From Candidatus Falkowbacteria bacterium LH_S3 (GTDB lineage Bacteria > Patescibacteriota > Patescibacteriia > Patescibacteriales > JAGXOH01), in contig JAGXOH010000002.1 of the NCBI GenBank assembly GCA_023659985.1, forward strand, positions 1-45,903: a stretch of DNA of 45,903 bases. Reading direction: 5' to 3'. Each line of letters begins with the position of its first letter. The first letter of the stretch is position 1. The position numbers and the translations under genes were made by a program. The notes below the pieces were generated by a model. It was not told the DNA's origin, did not search any database, and saw only the letters and a program-made list of their open reading frames with translations. Shown in pieces: positions 1 through 8,105 of the stretch.

Positions 1-142
1 TCTTACTTCTTACTTTTTACTTCTTACCTCTTACTTTTTATTTGACATTTGAGCTTTGGATTTTGGATTTCATTTAAATTTTGGTTTTGCGTTTTTAACT
101 TTGAGTTTTGCGTTTCAACTATATTTCATTTAATTTTTGGTT
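1..142. repeat. Window-truncated copy of the dispersed low-complexity palindromic repeat family (TCTTAC-type centre plus T-rich arm)
   Basis: Starts tcttacttcttactttttacttcttacctcttac, then ggattttggatttcattt, ggttttgcgttttt and gagttttgcgtttcaactatatttcattt. The same words in the same order occur at 18950-19090 and 34085-34173, and as reverse complement at 38079-38460. Confidence 0.8.
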
Positions 143-1855
143 TTACCTCCCTATCCCTTTATAAACAATCCCCGCTTCAATAAATTTTTCCTTAGGCAGG
201 CAATTGCGGCCGTCAATCACGACCTTGACTCCATTTTTCAAAAAATAATCTGGCGTTAATTCTTTAAATACTTTATGCGCTGTAGCGATAATAATCGCTT
301 CCGCTCCTTTAATCGCTTCGTCTAGACTCTTTGTTGTTGATTTTTCCAAAATAAACGGGTCATAAGAAATAACTTCTGCTCCGTAATCTTTTAGAGATTT
401 TATAATTTCAAACGAGGAACTTTCACGACAATCGTCAATTTCCGGCTTGTAGGAAAGACCAAGAACCGCAACCCGCGCGCCGTTTATGGCGATTTTTTTC
501 TCATTTAATCCTTTTGCCGCTATTCCTGCGGTAAATTTTGGCATTTTATCGTTAATTCTCCTGGCTAAAGCCAAAAAATCATGCTCAAAGCCATTTTTCT
601 TAGCATGTTCAATTAAATAATAAGGATCAATTGGTATGCAATGTCCGCCAACGCCACAACCGGGAAAATAAGTCATAAAACCAAATGGTTTTGTTGCGGC
701 GCCATCAATGACATTTGCGACATCAATACCAAGGCGCGAAAAAGACATTGCCAATTCATTCACAAAAGCGATATTTATATCGATAAAAGTGTTTTCAACG
801 ATTTTAGTTGCCTCTGCTTCTTTAAGCGATGACATCGGTTTCACTTCGCCGGAAATGATTGATTGATAAAATTCAATTGCTTTTTGAAGACCAATTTTAT
901 CAAAACTGCCGACAACGCGGGGAGTATTTTCTACATTCCATTTTTTGTTTCCTGGCTGTATCCGTTCTGGACAATGCGCAAGATAAAAATCTTTTCCGCA
1001 TTTTAATCCAGACTCTTTTTCCAAAATAGGCAAAACAATGTTTTCGCAAACGCTCGGATTGACAGTTGATTCTAAAATTACAAGTTGGTCTTTTTGGATA
1101 AATGGTGCTATGTTGTCGCAGGCATTCTTAACCGGTTCAAGATTAGGCGTATGATTTTTATAAACAGGCGTCGGAACACAAATAATAATGACTGAGGTGT
1201 CTTTTATTCTGCTGACATCTGTTGTTGCTTCCAAAGATGAATTTTTTAACTGTTCGGCTATTTCTTGTTCAGCAAATGGAGAGATGCGATTATTTAACAA
1301 TTTTGCTTTTTCAGAATCAACATCTATGCCAATGACTTTATGTCCTTTTCTATTGGTTAATAAAGCCAAAGGAAGCCCCATATATCCGAGTCCGATTATT
1401 GAAATTATTTTTTCGCTTTGAATTTGACTTAAAAGTTTTTCATATCTTTGTTTATGGTGCTCTTCAGTCTTGGCAATAGATTTTAATATAGCCGCGACAT
1501 GAGTTAAGCCCTCTTCTTCAGCCTTGGTAGCAAAAGAAGGATACATATCAGAGTGTTCACAGTTTTCACCCGCTATAGCTGCTTTTAAGTTTTTTTCAGT
1601 TGTTCCATATTCAGTCAGGGCTTCAGCTTCAACGGTTATATGTTCCATGTTTTCGTTAATTTCCTTCTTAAGTTCTTGAATGTGTTTGAATAATCTTTTG
1701 GCATGGGTTTTTTCTTGTTCGGCTGTTTCTATAAAAATCCCTGATATTTGTTCATAGCCTTCTTTTTTCGCCACTTTAGCATAATAAGTATATCGGTTTA
1801 TGGCTTGGCTTTTTCCAATAAAAGCTTTTGTTAAATTTTTAATAGTTTCCTTCAT
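143..1855 (-). CDS. Rubrerythrin-like (ferritin-like diiron) domain fused in frame to a UDP-glucose/GDP-mannose dehydrogenase-family nucleotide-sugar dehydrogenase
   Basis: 570-aa ORF. Residues 1 to about 145 carry rubrerythrin motifs: AFIGKSQAINRYTYY, EQEKTH (ExxH), GENCEH and TEEHH. Residues about 150-570 carry the Rossmann motif IISIIGLGYMGLP and the catalytic-Cys motif GVGGHCIPIDPYY. The junction (QIQSEKIISIIGLGY) has no stop and no internal Met. Confidence 0.8.
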   Translation of the reverse strand: MKETIKNLTKAFIGKSQAINRYTYYAKVAKKEGYEQISGIFIETAEQEKTHAKRLFKHIQELKKEINENMEHITVEAEALTEYGTTEKNLKAAIAGENCEHSDMYPSFATKAEEEGLTHVAAILKSIAKTEEHHKQRYEKLLSQIQSEKIISIIGLGYMGLPLALLTNRKGHKVIGIDVDSEKAKLLNNRISPFAEQEIAEQLKNSSLEATTDVSRIKDTSVIIICVPTPVYKNHTPNLEPVKNACDNIAPFIQKDQLVILESTVNPSVCENIVLPILEKESGLKCGKDFYLAHCPERIQPGNKKWNVENTPRVVGSFDKIGLQKAIEFYQSIISGEVKPMSSLKEAEATKIVENTFIDINIAFVNELAMSFSRLGIDVANVIDGAATKPFGFMTYFPGCGVGGHCIPIDPYYLIEHAKKNGFEHDFLALARRINDKMPKFTAGIAAKGLNEKKIAINGARVAVLGLSYKPEIDDCRESSSFEIIKSLKDYGAEVISYDPFILEKSTTKSLDEAIKGAEAIIIATAHKVFKELTPDYFLKNGVKVVIDGRNCLPKEKFIEAGIVYKGIGR

Positions 1856-1922
1856 AAGTTTTAAAAAGTTTGATAGCTTTGTTTTACTATTTAAACTTTA
1901 ATTAATTTTTTAGGAATTAATA

Positions 1923-2690
1923 TTATACAGTTAAGTTTCTGTTTTTGCCAACAATAAAAGATAATTTTTGTGAAGACAAGGTGATGTGGGCCGGTGTAGC
2001 CAGTTGAACGCAGTTATCAATTAATAATTTGGCTTTTTTGTTATGAGTATTTAGCTTTTTAAACTCAAAATAACTTTTATTAGTTTCAAAAGAAGAAGCA
2101 AATGAAAATAAGTGTTTGTTTTTTGAAAAAATATATAGATCTAAAGAGTTGTTTGTGGGATTTGTTTTAATGTCATAACTAAAATTAATAATTCTTATAG
2201 TTCCGGATCGTTTTAATTTTACTGAATATTCTTTATTTATTTCCAGGTATTCATTAGGATTTTCTATTTTTATTTCTGATAAAAAGTAAGAGTTATTAAT
2301 TTGTCCAATATTAATCTTTAAGGTTCTTCTTGCCAACAATATTTCGCACGCACCCTCCCAATCATTCACCCCTAAAGTTGAGGACATTTTATTATTATTC
2401 TTTTCTCCTAAGGGGATAATTCCTAGTGTGAACCCTTGGTTTATGTTTTTAGTTTTGGCAATAGCAATAGAATTAATCACTTTGTGGACAGTAGAATCAT
2501 CTCCCACCACTACTACATTTTTAAGGCCAGTTTCGGCTTTTTTTTGAAGTTCGTAGGGTATATTTTTTATTTCTTTCAATTTTAAAATTTTACCGTTAAT
2601 TCCTATATCAGTAAGTCTTTTTTCAATATTAGTAATGGTTTTGAGGTGCTTTTTTTTATTAACAAAAGCATCATATATATAAAGATACAT
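1923..2690 (-). CDS. Divergent diacylglycerol/lipid-kinase catalytic-domain protein (YegS/BmrU-like)
   Basis: VVVVGDDSTVHKVINS sits where GGDGT is expected, and GIIPLGEKNN sits where GxxPxGTxN is expected. The size (255 aa) fits the family. The motifs are degenerate. Confidence 0.5.
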   Translation of the reverse strand: MYLYIYDAFVNKKKHLKTITNIEKRLTDIGINGKILKLKEIKNIPYELQKKAETGLKNVVVVGDDSTVHKVINSIAIAKTKNINQGFTLGIIPLGEKNNNKMSSTLGVNDWEGACEILLARRTLKINIGQINNSYFLSEIKIENPNEYLEINKEYSVKLKRSGTIRIINFSYDIKTNPTNNSLDLYIFSKNKHLFSFASSFETNKSYFEFKKLNTHNKKAKLLIDNCVQLATPAHITLSSQKLSFIVGKNRNLTV

Positions 2691-2739
2691 AAAACAAAAG
2701 AGTTAAAAGCACTCTTTTTTTGGGTGCCATTTAAGAAAG

Positions 2740-3147
2740 TTAGCTTTGTCCTTGGTTCTCTTTTTGCTTAACTTCTTTTTTAGCAGGTTGCCCCATGCTA
2801 CATTTTCCGTTTAAGAGGGCGCCCTTTTCCACTGACAAGGAAGAGCATTGAATATTTCCGTTTATTTTAGCAGAAGCTGTGATTTCCAGATGTCCATCTA
2901 TTGTTACGTTTCCTTCAACTACCCCGCCAATACGAGATGTTTGAGCCTCAATGTTGGCGGTTATTTTGGCTTTATCTCCGATAAGAATGTAATTATCGGT
3001 TTTTAAGGAGCCCACCACTTCTCCTTCTACTATAATATTACCTTTTCCTTGAAAATTACCCTTAACTTTAAGGCCAGATCCGATAATTGTTTCAGCTGAT
3101 TTTTTAGTTTCTTCGGCTTCATTGTTTTTAAACATATTGTTGCCCAA
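2740..3147 (-). CDS. Bactofilin-family polymer-forming cytoskeletal protein
   Basis: Repetitive beta-helix pattern: KVKGNFQGKGNIIVEGEVVGSLKTDNYILIGDKAKITANIEAQTSRIGGVVEGNVTIDGHLEITASAKINGNIQ. It has disordered N- and C-terminal tails. Confidence 0.8.
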   Translation of the reverse strand: MGNNMFKNNEAEETKKSAETIIGSGLKVKGNFQGKGNIIVEGEVVGSLKTDNYILIGDKAKITANIEAQTSRIGGVVEGNVTIDGHLEITASAKINGNIQCSSLSVEKGALLNGKCSMGQPAKKEVKQKENQGQS

Positions 3148-3353
3148 TTTTAAAATAATTTTATAAAATTATTGTTTATTTATGTTACTCTATGATTGAC
3201 ATACTGTCAAAACAAAGGTAATGTATTTTTTAGTGTAATGATAATTTATTAAATTAGTTAAATTAAATAGAGTAAGTTTACTAAATTGTTAAAATAAAAA
3301 TATAAATTTAAAACAGAGTTTAGTTTTAATATTGTTATTCATCAATAAATTAA

Positions 3354-3550
3354 AAATAAGACTTTAGTCTACGCATACGTGGACTAAAGTTAAGAGAATA
3401 AACTAGAAATAAGACTTTAGTCCAGGGTGTCGTAGACTAAAGTTAAGAGAATAAACTAGAAATAGGACTTTAGTCTACGCATACGTGGACTTAAGTTGTG
3501 GATAAATTAAAAATTAAAATTTTAGTCCAGGATGTCGTGGACTTAAGTTA
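3354..3550. repeat. Tandem array of four ~53-bp units, each carrying a hairpin (ACTTTAGTC..GACTAAAGT / TTAGTCCA..TGGACTTAA), upstream of tRNA-Ala(GGC)
   Basis: Hairpins at about 3361-3390, 3414-3443, 3467-3496 and 3519-3546. The inter-hairpin spacer ttaagagaataaactagaaata is itself repeated. The third unit is followed by a perfect DnaA-box complement TGTGGATAA at 3497-3505. Confidence 0.85.
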
Positions 3551-3578
3551 ATAGTAAAAATTCATTCTATTTTTAAAA

Positions 3579-3652
3579 GGGCCTATAGCTCAGTTGGTTA
3601 GAGCGCCTGCATGGCATGCAGGAGGTCACCGGTTCGAGTCCGGTTAGGTCCA
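3579..3652 (+). tRNA. tRNA-Ala(GGC)
   Basis: Hand fold: acceptor GGGCCTA/TAGGTCC with the G3:U70 alanine identity pair, anticodon stem CCTGC/GCAGG, loop ATGGCAT (anticodon GGC), and T-arm CCGGTTCGAGTCCGG. No encoded CCA. Confidence 0.85.
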
Positions 3653-3924
3653 CAGTGCGATTAATTACTATTATTTTTAAAGTTTTTGTATAGTTTTATG
3701 TAATGATTAATATTAACCATTACATTGATAAGCCGTTTCTTTATAAACCCAAAATCAAGTATACAAGGGCTTTTAGTAGACGTTTTTATAAATTTAAGAC
3801 AAAAATATAAACAATAAAAGTATAAAAAATAGGGAAACAAAAAAATACAGTTTTTAATTTCCCTATATTAAATTTTATTTTTAGAATCAATCAAACTAAT
3901 CTTGTTTTACTTTAAAAATAAAGT

Positions 3925-4302
3925 TTACATAATATCTTTATAATGGCTAATCGTTATAATTTCCTTAACTTTTTTGTAGGTTAATTGGAGGAGATCTATT
4001 CTTGTATCATTAAACACTATTTTTTTTTGGTGGCAGTATCTTCCCACTCCTTTTTTTATGTTTTTTATTTGTTTTCTCGTTAATAATATTTCGGATTTGT
4101 TAAAAGGTTTTTCCAAATTAGTTTTTACTTCTATAAAAACAATGCTCGATTTTTGTTGAGCTATGATATCCAACTCATAATAACCAAGTTTTATGTTACT
4201 TCCAATTATTTTATAATTATGTTTTTGTAAATAATATTTGGCAACAATTTCTCCTTTTTTGCCTAATTGGTAATAAAAATGTGAAGACATATAAAAAACC
4301 AC
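3925..4302 (-). CDS. YraN-family (UPF0102) endonuclease-like protein
   Basis: GKKGEIVAKYYLQKHNYKIIGSNIKLGYYELDIIAQQKSSIVFIEVKT matches the YraN pattern G..GE..A..YL...GY.I...N.....ELD.IA......FVEVKTR. Confidence 0.65.
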   Translation of the reverse strand: MVFYMSSHFYYQLGKKGEIVAKYYLQKHNYKIIGSNIKLGYYELDIIAQQKSSIVFIEVKTNLEKPFNKSEILLTRKQIKNIKKGVGRYCHQKKIVFNDTRIDLLQLTYKKVKEIITISHYKDIM

Positions 4303-4326
4303 TGTTAGGCAAACATTATGCTAATG

Positions 4327-4731
4327 TTAGGAAATATATTTACTGTATTGCTCTTTTTCTTTACGAATTTCAATGCGTTTAGATAGAGTTTTAAAAAGCT
4401 TGATTATAAAAAATAACCATATTGCCATTTCTAAAAACCATATCACAAACCAAAAACGAGACGAGAAAAAGGGGATTGTTTGGTAATTAAAAAACCAAAT
4501 CAACCCCCCTAAAACAGTATTGGTTATAGAAAAATAGTAAAGTTGCCTCCAGGCTAGTAAGAATTGATTTTTCTTTCTTTTTTTATTTTTCTTTTTTAAA
4601 TAAAATAAAGAGGTGAAAATTAAAAATAAAACAATTAAAATTATAAGCGTATATTCATAAATATTCATTAATTGTCCCGTTCTCATATCTAACCAAAAGT
4701 TCCAACTAATCAATTTGTCAACAATCTCCAT
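4327..4731 (-). CDS. Hypothetical membrane protein
   Basis: 134-aa ORF with several hydrophobic helices and a basic loop (KKKNKKRKKN). No recognisable family. Confidence 0.5.
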   Translation of the reverse strand: MEIVDKLISWNFWLDMRTGQLMNIYEYTLIILIVLFLIFTSLFYLKKKNKKRKKNQFLLAWRQLYYFSITNTVLGGLIWFFNYQTIPFFSSRFWFVIWFLEMAIWLFFIIKLFKTLSKRIEIRKEKEQYSKYIS

Positions 4732-4767
4732 AAAATTTGAATTTTGAAATTATAAGCACTTAACTAT

Positions 4768-5319
4768 TTATTTAATAAATAAGGCTCCATAATGATATGT
4801 TCCTGCCTCAAATTCTTCTTCTAAGGACAACCCTAACTTTTGAATACTTTGTTTTAAGGATTCTTTTTTAACCTTAGCTTCGGCAGGTGGTCCAATAGGA
4901 GTTGCAACATTCTTCCATTCCACGATCAGTAAATAGCAACCCTTTTTGATTAATCTTATGCTTTCTCGTAGTAATGCAGCTCTTTGCTCTGATTGATATA
5001 AAGTATTTATTAGCAAGCCAACATCTAATGATTCTGATTCAATTTTGGTTGCTTTAAATATTTCTAGGTCACTCCATACAGTTTCTATATTAGTATATCC
5101 TTCTTGCTCAATCCTTTTATTTAGATTAGTTAATACACTTTTCATTATATCCACTGCATACACTTTACCTTTATTTCCAACAATTCTGGCTGCTGGGAAT
5201 ACAAATTGTCCGGCAGAGCCGCAACCCAAGCCAGCTATTGAGTTACCTTCTTTTACTTGAGCCTTTTCTAAAATAAAATCTGGGTTTAGCAAATAGGCTC
5301 CACCTGTTTTTTCGTTCAT
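4768..5319 (-). CDS. Class I SAM-dependent methyltransferase
   Basis: Motif I-like GLGCGSAGQFVFPAA followed by VYAVDI (acidic post-I residue). The size is typical. Confidence 0.7.
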   Translation of the reverse strand: MNEKTGGAYLLNPDFILEKAQVKEGNSIAGLGCGSAGQFVFPAARIVGNKGKVYAVDIMKSVLTNLNKRIEQEGYTNIETVWSDLEIFKATKIESESLDVGLLINTLYQSEQRAALLRESIRLIKKGCYLLIVEWKNVATPIGPPAEAKVKKESLKQSIQKLGLSLEEEFEAGTYHYGALFIK

Positions 5320-5378
5320 ATTTATTAAGAATTATTAATATTATTATATTATAATTATTTTTCTAAGTAAATAAGACT

Positions 5379-6056
5379 TTATTTCACCAAGATTTGTTTT
5401 TTTACTATATTTTTTTTACTATATTTTTTTTGCGCTGTTATGGTTATGGTATTAACACCTTTTTTTAAAGCAATTTTTTCCGTAAAATCTCCATTATTAT
5501 TAGTAAGAACAGAGTTGCCGTTTATATAAATTTGAGAATCCGATTCGGTTTCACCTATAATAGATATCTGCCTTTCATTGGTTATAAAATCATTTTTTGG
5601 TTTTTGTATACTCAGATCAGGAGGAGAAACAAAACTTTTTATACAATACCCAAGATAACCAAAACAAACAATAACCACTGCAACAATTATAATATTTTTT
5701 ATAATATGCGGGAAAATTATAAAATTGATTCTTTTTAATTTATTTTTTGAAAAAATAGAAATATTAGATATACCGTTTTGAGGCGCTACTTGCTTCTCTT
5801 TTTGAAAATCATTTAGCAGCTCATCTTTATCTAATCCCAAGAAATTAGTGTATACTTTTAAATATTTTTTTTCATACATCCCGCTGGGCAATTTATTGTA
5901 ATTACCTAACTCTAAAGCTTTCAAATATTCTAATTTTATCTTTGTTTTTTTAGAAGCTTTTTTTAAGGATATGTTTTGTTTAGTTCTTGCTAAATAAAAT
6001 TGTTCTCCAACTGTTTTATTTTCTGTTTGTATTTTATTTTTTTTAAAACCAATCAT
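5379..6056 (-). CDS. RodZ-like HTH protein with a single membrane anchor
   Basis: N-terminal XRE-type HTH (VGEQFYLARTKQNISLKKASKKTKIKLEYLKALELGNY), one TM helix (IIKNIIIVAVVIVCFGYLGYCI) and an extracytoplasmic beta-rich C-terminus. Confidence 0.55.
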   Translation of the reverse strand: MIGFKKNKIQTENKTVGEQFYLARTKQNISLKKASKKTKIKLEYLKALELGNYNKLPSGMYEKKYLKVYTNFLGLDKDELLNDFQKEKQVAPQNGISNISIFSKNKLKRINFIIFPHIIKNIIIVAVVIVCFGYLGYCIKSFVSPPDLSIQKPKNDFITNERQISIIGETESDSQIYINGNSVLTNNNGDFTEKIALKKGVNTITITAQKKYSKKNIVKKQILVK

Positions 6057-6079
6057 ATTTTGAAAACTAATAAGATTAA

Positions 6080-6544
6080 TTATTTATTCCAGTCCGTGTT
6101 TAAGATATCACTATTCTTGGCTCCTAAGGATTGAGCTGTAAAATTAACTATTATGTAGCTGGAAAAAATAATAACTAAACCAATCACGGCGCCAACCAAT
6201 GCTTTTTTACCGTTTTCTATTGTTTCAGAATTACCACCAGATAACAAAAGCAAAAAACCGCCGTACATAAAAGCCAATAAAGCAAGAGCGCCAACAATAG
6301 CTAAAACAAAGTTAAAAATATTGACTCCTAACCGAATAAAATCATTAAGTTCACAATCACCACAGGCGCGACACTTTTGCATATCGGCCCAAATACTATT
6401 TTCTGAAGTTTCTATAGTTCTTTTTTTTCCTCCTTCCACGCACGTTTTTGTTGTTTCTCCGGCTATTGTTTTTTCAGGAGATCCTATTAATATTAACATT
6501 AGAATTACTCCTAAAATAAGGATTTTATTTATTTTGCTAAACAT
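6080..6544 (-). CDS. Cys-rich TrbC/VirB2-like (Patescibacteria T4SS-pilin-like) small membrane protein
   Basis: Signal peptide, then a Cys-rich segment (CVEGG...CRACGDCE), then two hydrophobic helices separated by GGNSETIENGKKA. This is the same topology as the six paralogues at 24.6-27.4 kb. Confidence 0.55.
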   Translation of the reverse strand: MFSKINKILILGVILMLILIGSPEKTIAGETTKTCVEGGKKRTIETSENSIWADMQKCRACGDCELNDFIRLGVNIFNFVLAIVGALALLAFMYGGFLLLLSGGNSETIENGKKALVGAVIGLVIIFSSYIIVNFTAQSLGAKNSDILNTDWNK

Positions 6545-6588
6545 AAGACTGAATTAGAAAAAATAACAGCTTGGTTATTCTTAGTTTT

Positions 6589-7989
6589 TTATTCGTATAT
6601 AGTTTGTTGTACTCTATTTGCTCCGGTTTGAATTATCTCTTTTAGTTTTTTATTCTTTTTATTAGCAGAATCAATCATGTTTTTTATCGCTTTTTCTGCA
6701 GCTAAAGGTCTGGTTCCTTTATACCAGCTTTTGGCTGTTAAAATCTGTTCTGCAAAGGTGCCTATGTCAATATCACTGATCTGTTCGTTTACGAGCGATC
6801 TTAAGGCAGTTGGTTTTTTAGTTTTTTCAAGATATGTTTTAGCCATTTCCGGATTTGTGGTGGCAAAATGAATGAAATCCCAGGCTTCTTGAACGTGTTT
6901 GCTTTTTTGAGAAACAACTTCTACCCAATAGTTGGCATAATTTATTTTTTGAGAACTTTTTTCTATTTGTGGCATATTGGTGACGGAAAAATTTAATTTA
7001 GGTGATTGTGCCTTTATCATGGGTACATGATAGGAATATCCAAATATTATAGCAAGCTTTCCTTGAGCAAATAAATTTAAAGAATTATCAAGAGTATTAT
7101 TCCAACAATAAACTTCTTTTGCCGGATTAGAAAAATCAGTATAAAATCTTAGAGCCTCAAGTCCTGGGTTGTAGTTTTGTTTCTCAAGATAAGAAGGAAC
7201 TATATGAAAACTAACGTTTTGATCTTCCATCATTATAGCTCCGTTTTGCATCATAAGAAGAGAGAGGATATCAGAAGACCTTTGTATATTTTCACTTCCT
7301 CCTAAGGCAACCCCGGATTGAATTAATCTTCCTTTCCTGTCTTGTTTGCTTAGTTTTTTAACAGCTTCTTGAAACTCCCTGTTCCAATATTTAGGCGGAG
7401 TGGCGATCCCGGCATTATTTAAAAGATCTCGATTATAAAACATAGCAAGAGTATCCATATATAGGGGTAGTCCGTAGATCTTATTTTCTTCTTGATCGTT
7501 ATTTTTTACTTTTATAACCACATCATGATAGACAGCATCTACAAATTTTTCTTTAAGTCCTTTTAAGGTAATAGTATTTTTGATTTTAAGAGTAGGGACA
7601 GTTCTTTTTTTTATAGCTCCTTTTTCAACCGGATAAGCCAGATCCAGTTTTTCAGGTAAAGGAGTTATTTTATTTTGGTATTTTTTTACCCATGTATTTT
7701 GAATAGAAAATATATCTGGCCCTCTATCTTCAGCCATAGCGTTTATTAATTTTTCTTCGTATTCATCATACCTAATTTTTCTATAGTTTATAGTGATATT
7801 AGGGTGAATTTTATTATATTTGTTTATAATTTCTTGAAAGGCATCTGCACTATCAAAGGGTCGCCAATAATCAATAGTTATTGGCTCCATTTTTTGTTGA
7901 GCCTCTTTATCTACGGATTTACACCCAAAGCCAGAAGAAAGCAGTCCCACTGCGACCAGGACGATAATAACTATTTTTGTTTTATGCAT
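6589..7989 (-). CDS. ABC transporter extracellular solute-binding protein (family 1, sugar-type)
   Basis: 466 aa with an N-terminal signal/anchor ending GFGC. General SBP_bac_1-like pattern (ITIDYWRPFD..., GLPLYMDTLAMFYNRDLL). Confidence 0.75.
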   Translation of the reverse strand: MHKTKIVIIVLVAVGLLSSGFGCKSVDKEAQQKMEPITIDYWRPFDSADAFQEIINKYNKIHPNITINYRKIRYDEYEEKLINAMAEDRGPDIFSIQNTWVKKYQNKITPLPEKLDLAYPVEKGAIKKRTVPTLKIKNTITLKGLKEKFVDAVYHDVVIKVKNNDQEENKIYGLPLYMDTLAMFYNRDLLNNAGIATPPKYWNREFQEAVKKLSKQDRKGRLIQSGVALGGSENIQRSSDILSLLMMQNGAIMMEDQNVSFHIVPSYLEKQNYNPGLEALRFYTDFSNPAKEVYCWNNTLDNSLNLFAQGKLAIIFGYSYHVPMIKAQSPKLNFSVTNMPQIEKSSQKINYANYWVEVVSQKSKHVQEAWDFIHFATTNPEMAKTYLEKTKKPTALRSLVNEQISDIDIGTFAEQILTAKSWYKGTRPLAAEKAIKNMIDSANKKNKKLKEIIQTGANRVQQTIYE

Positions 7990-8105
7990 AAGTTAAAAAA
8001 TTATTTGTAAACAAGTTTAATATAAAAATACCAAATCTATCTGGATTTTAGCTACTCTTAGAAGTATTTGTTTTTATTATAACACAAGAGCCTTTTTATC
8101 AAAAA

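Noticed and set aside
3354-3550. Possible CRISPR array (regularly spaced palindromic repeats).
   Set aside because: The sequences between the hairpins are themselves repeated rather than unique spacers. The period is about 53 bp with alternating unit types. No cas genes are nearby. It is a tandem repeat, not a CRISPR.
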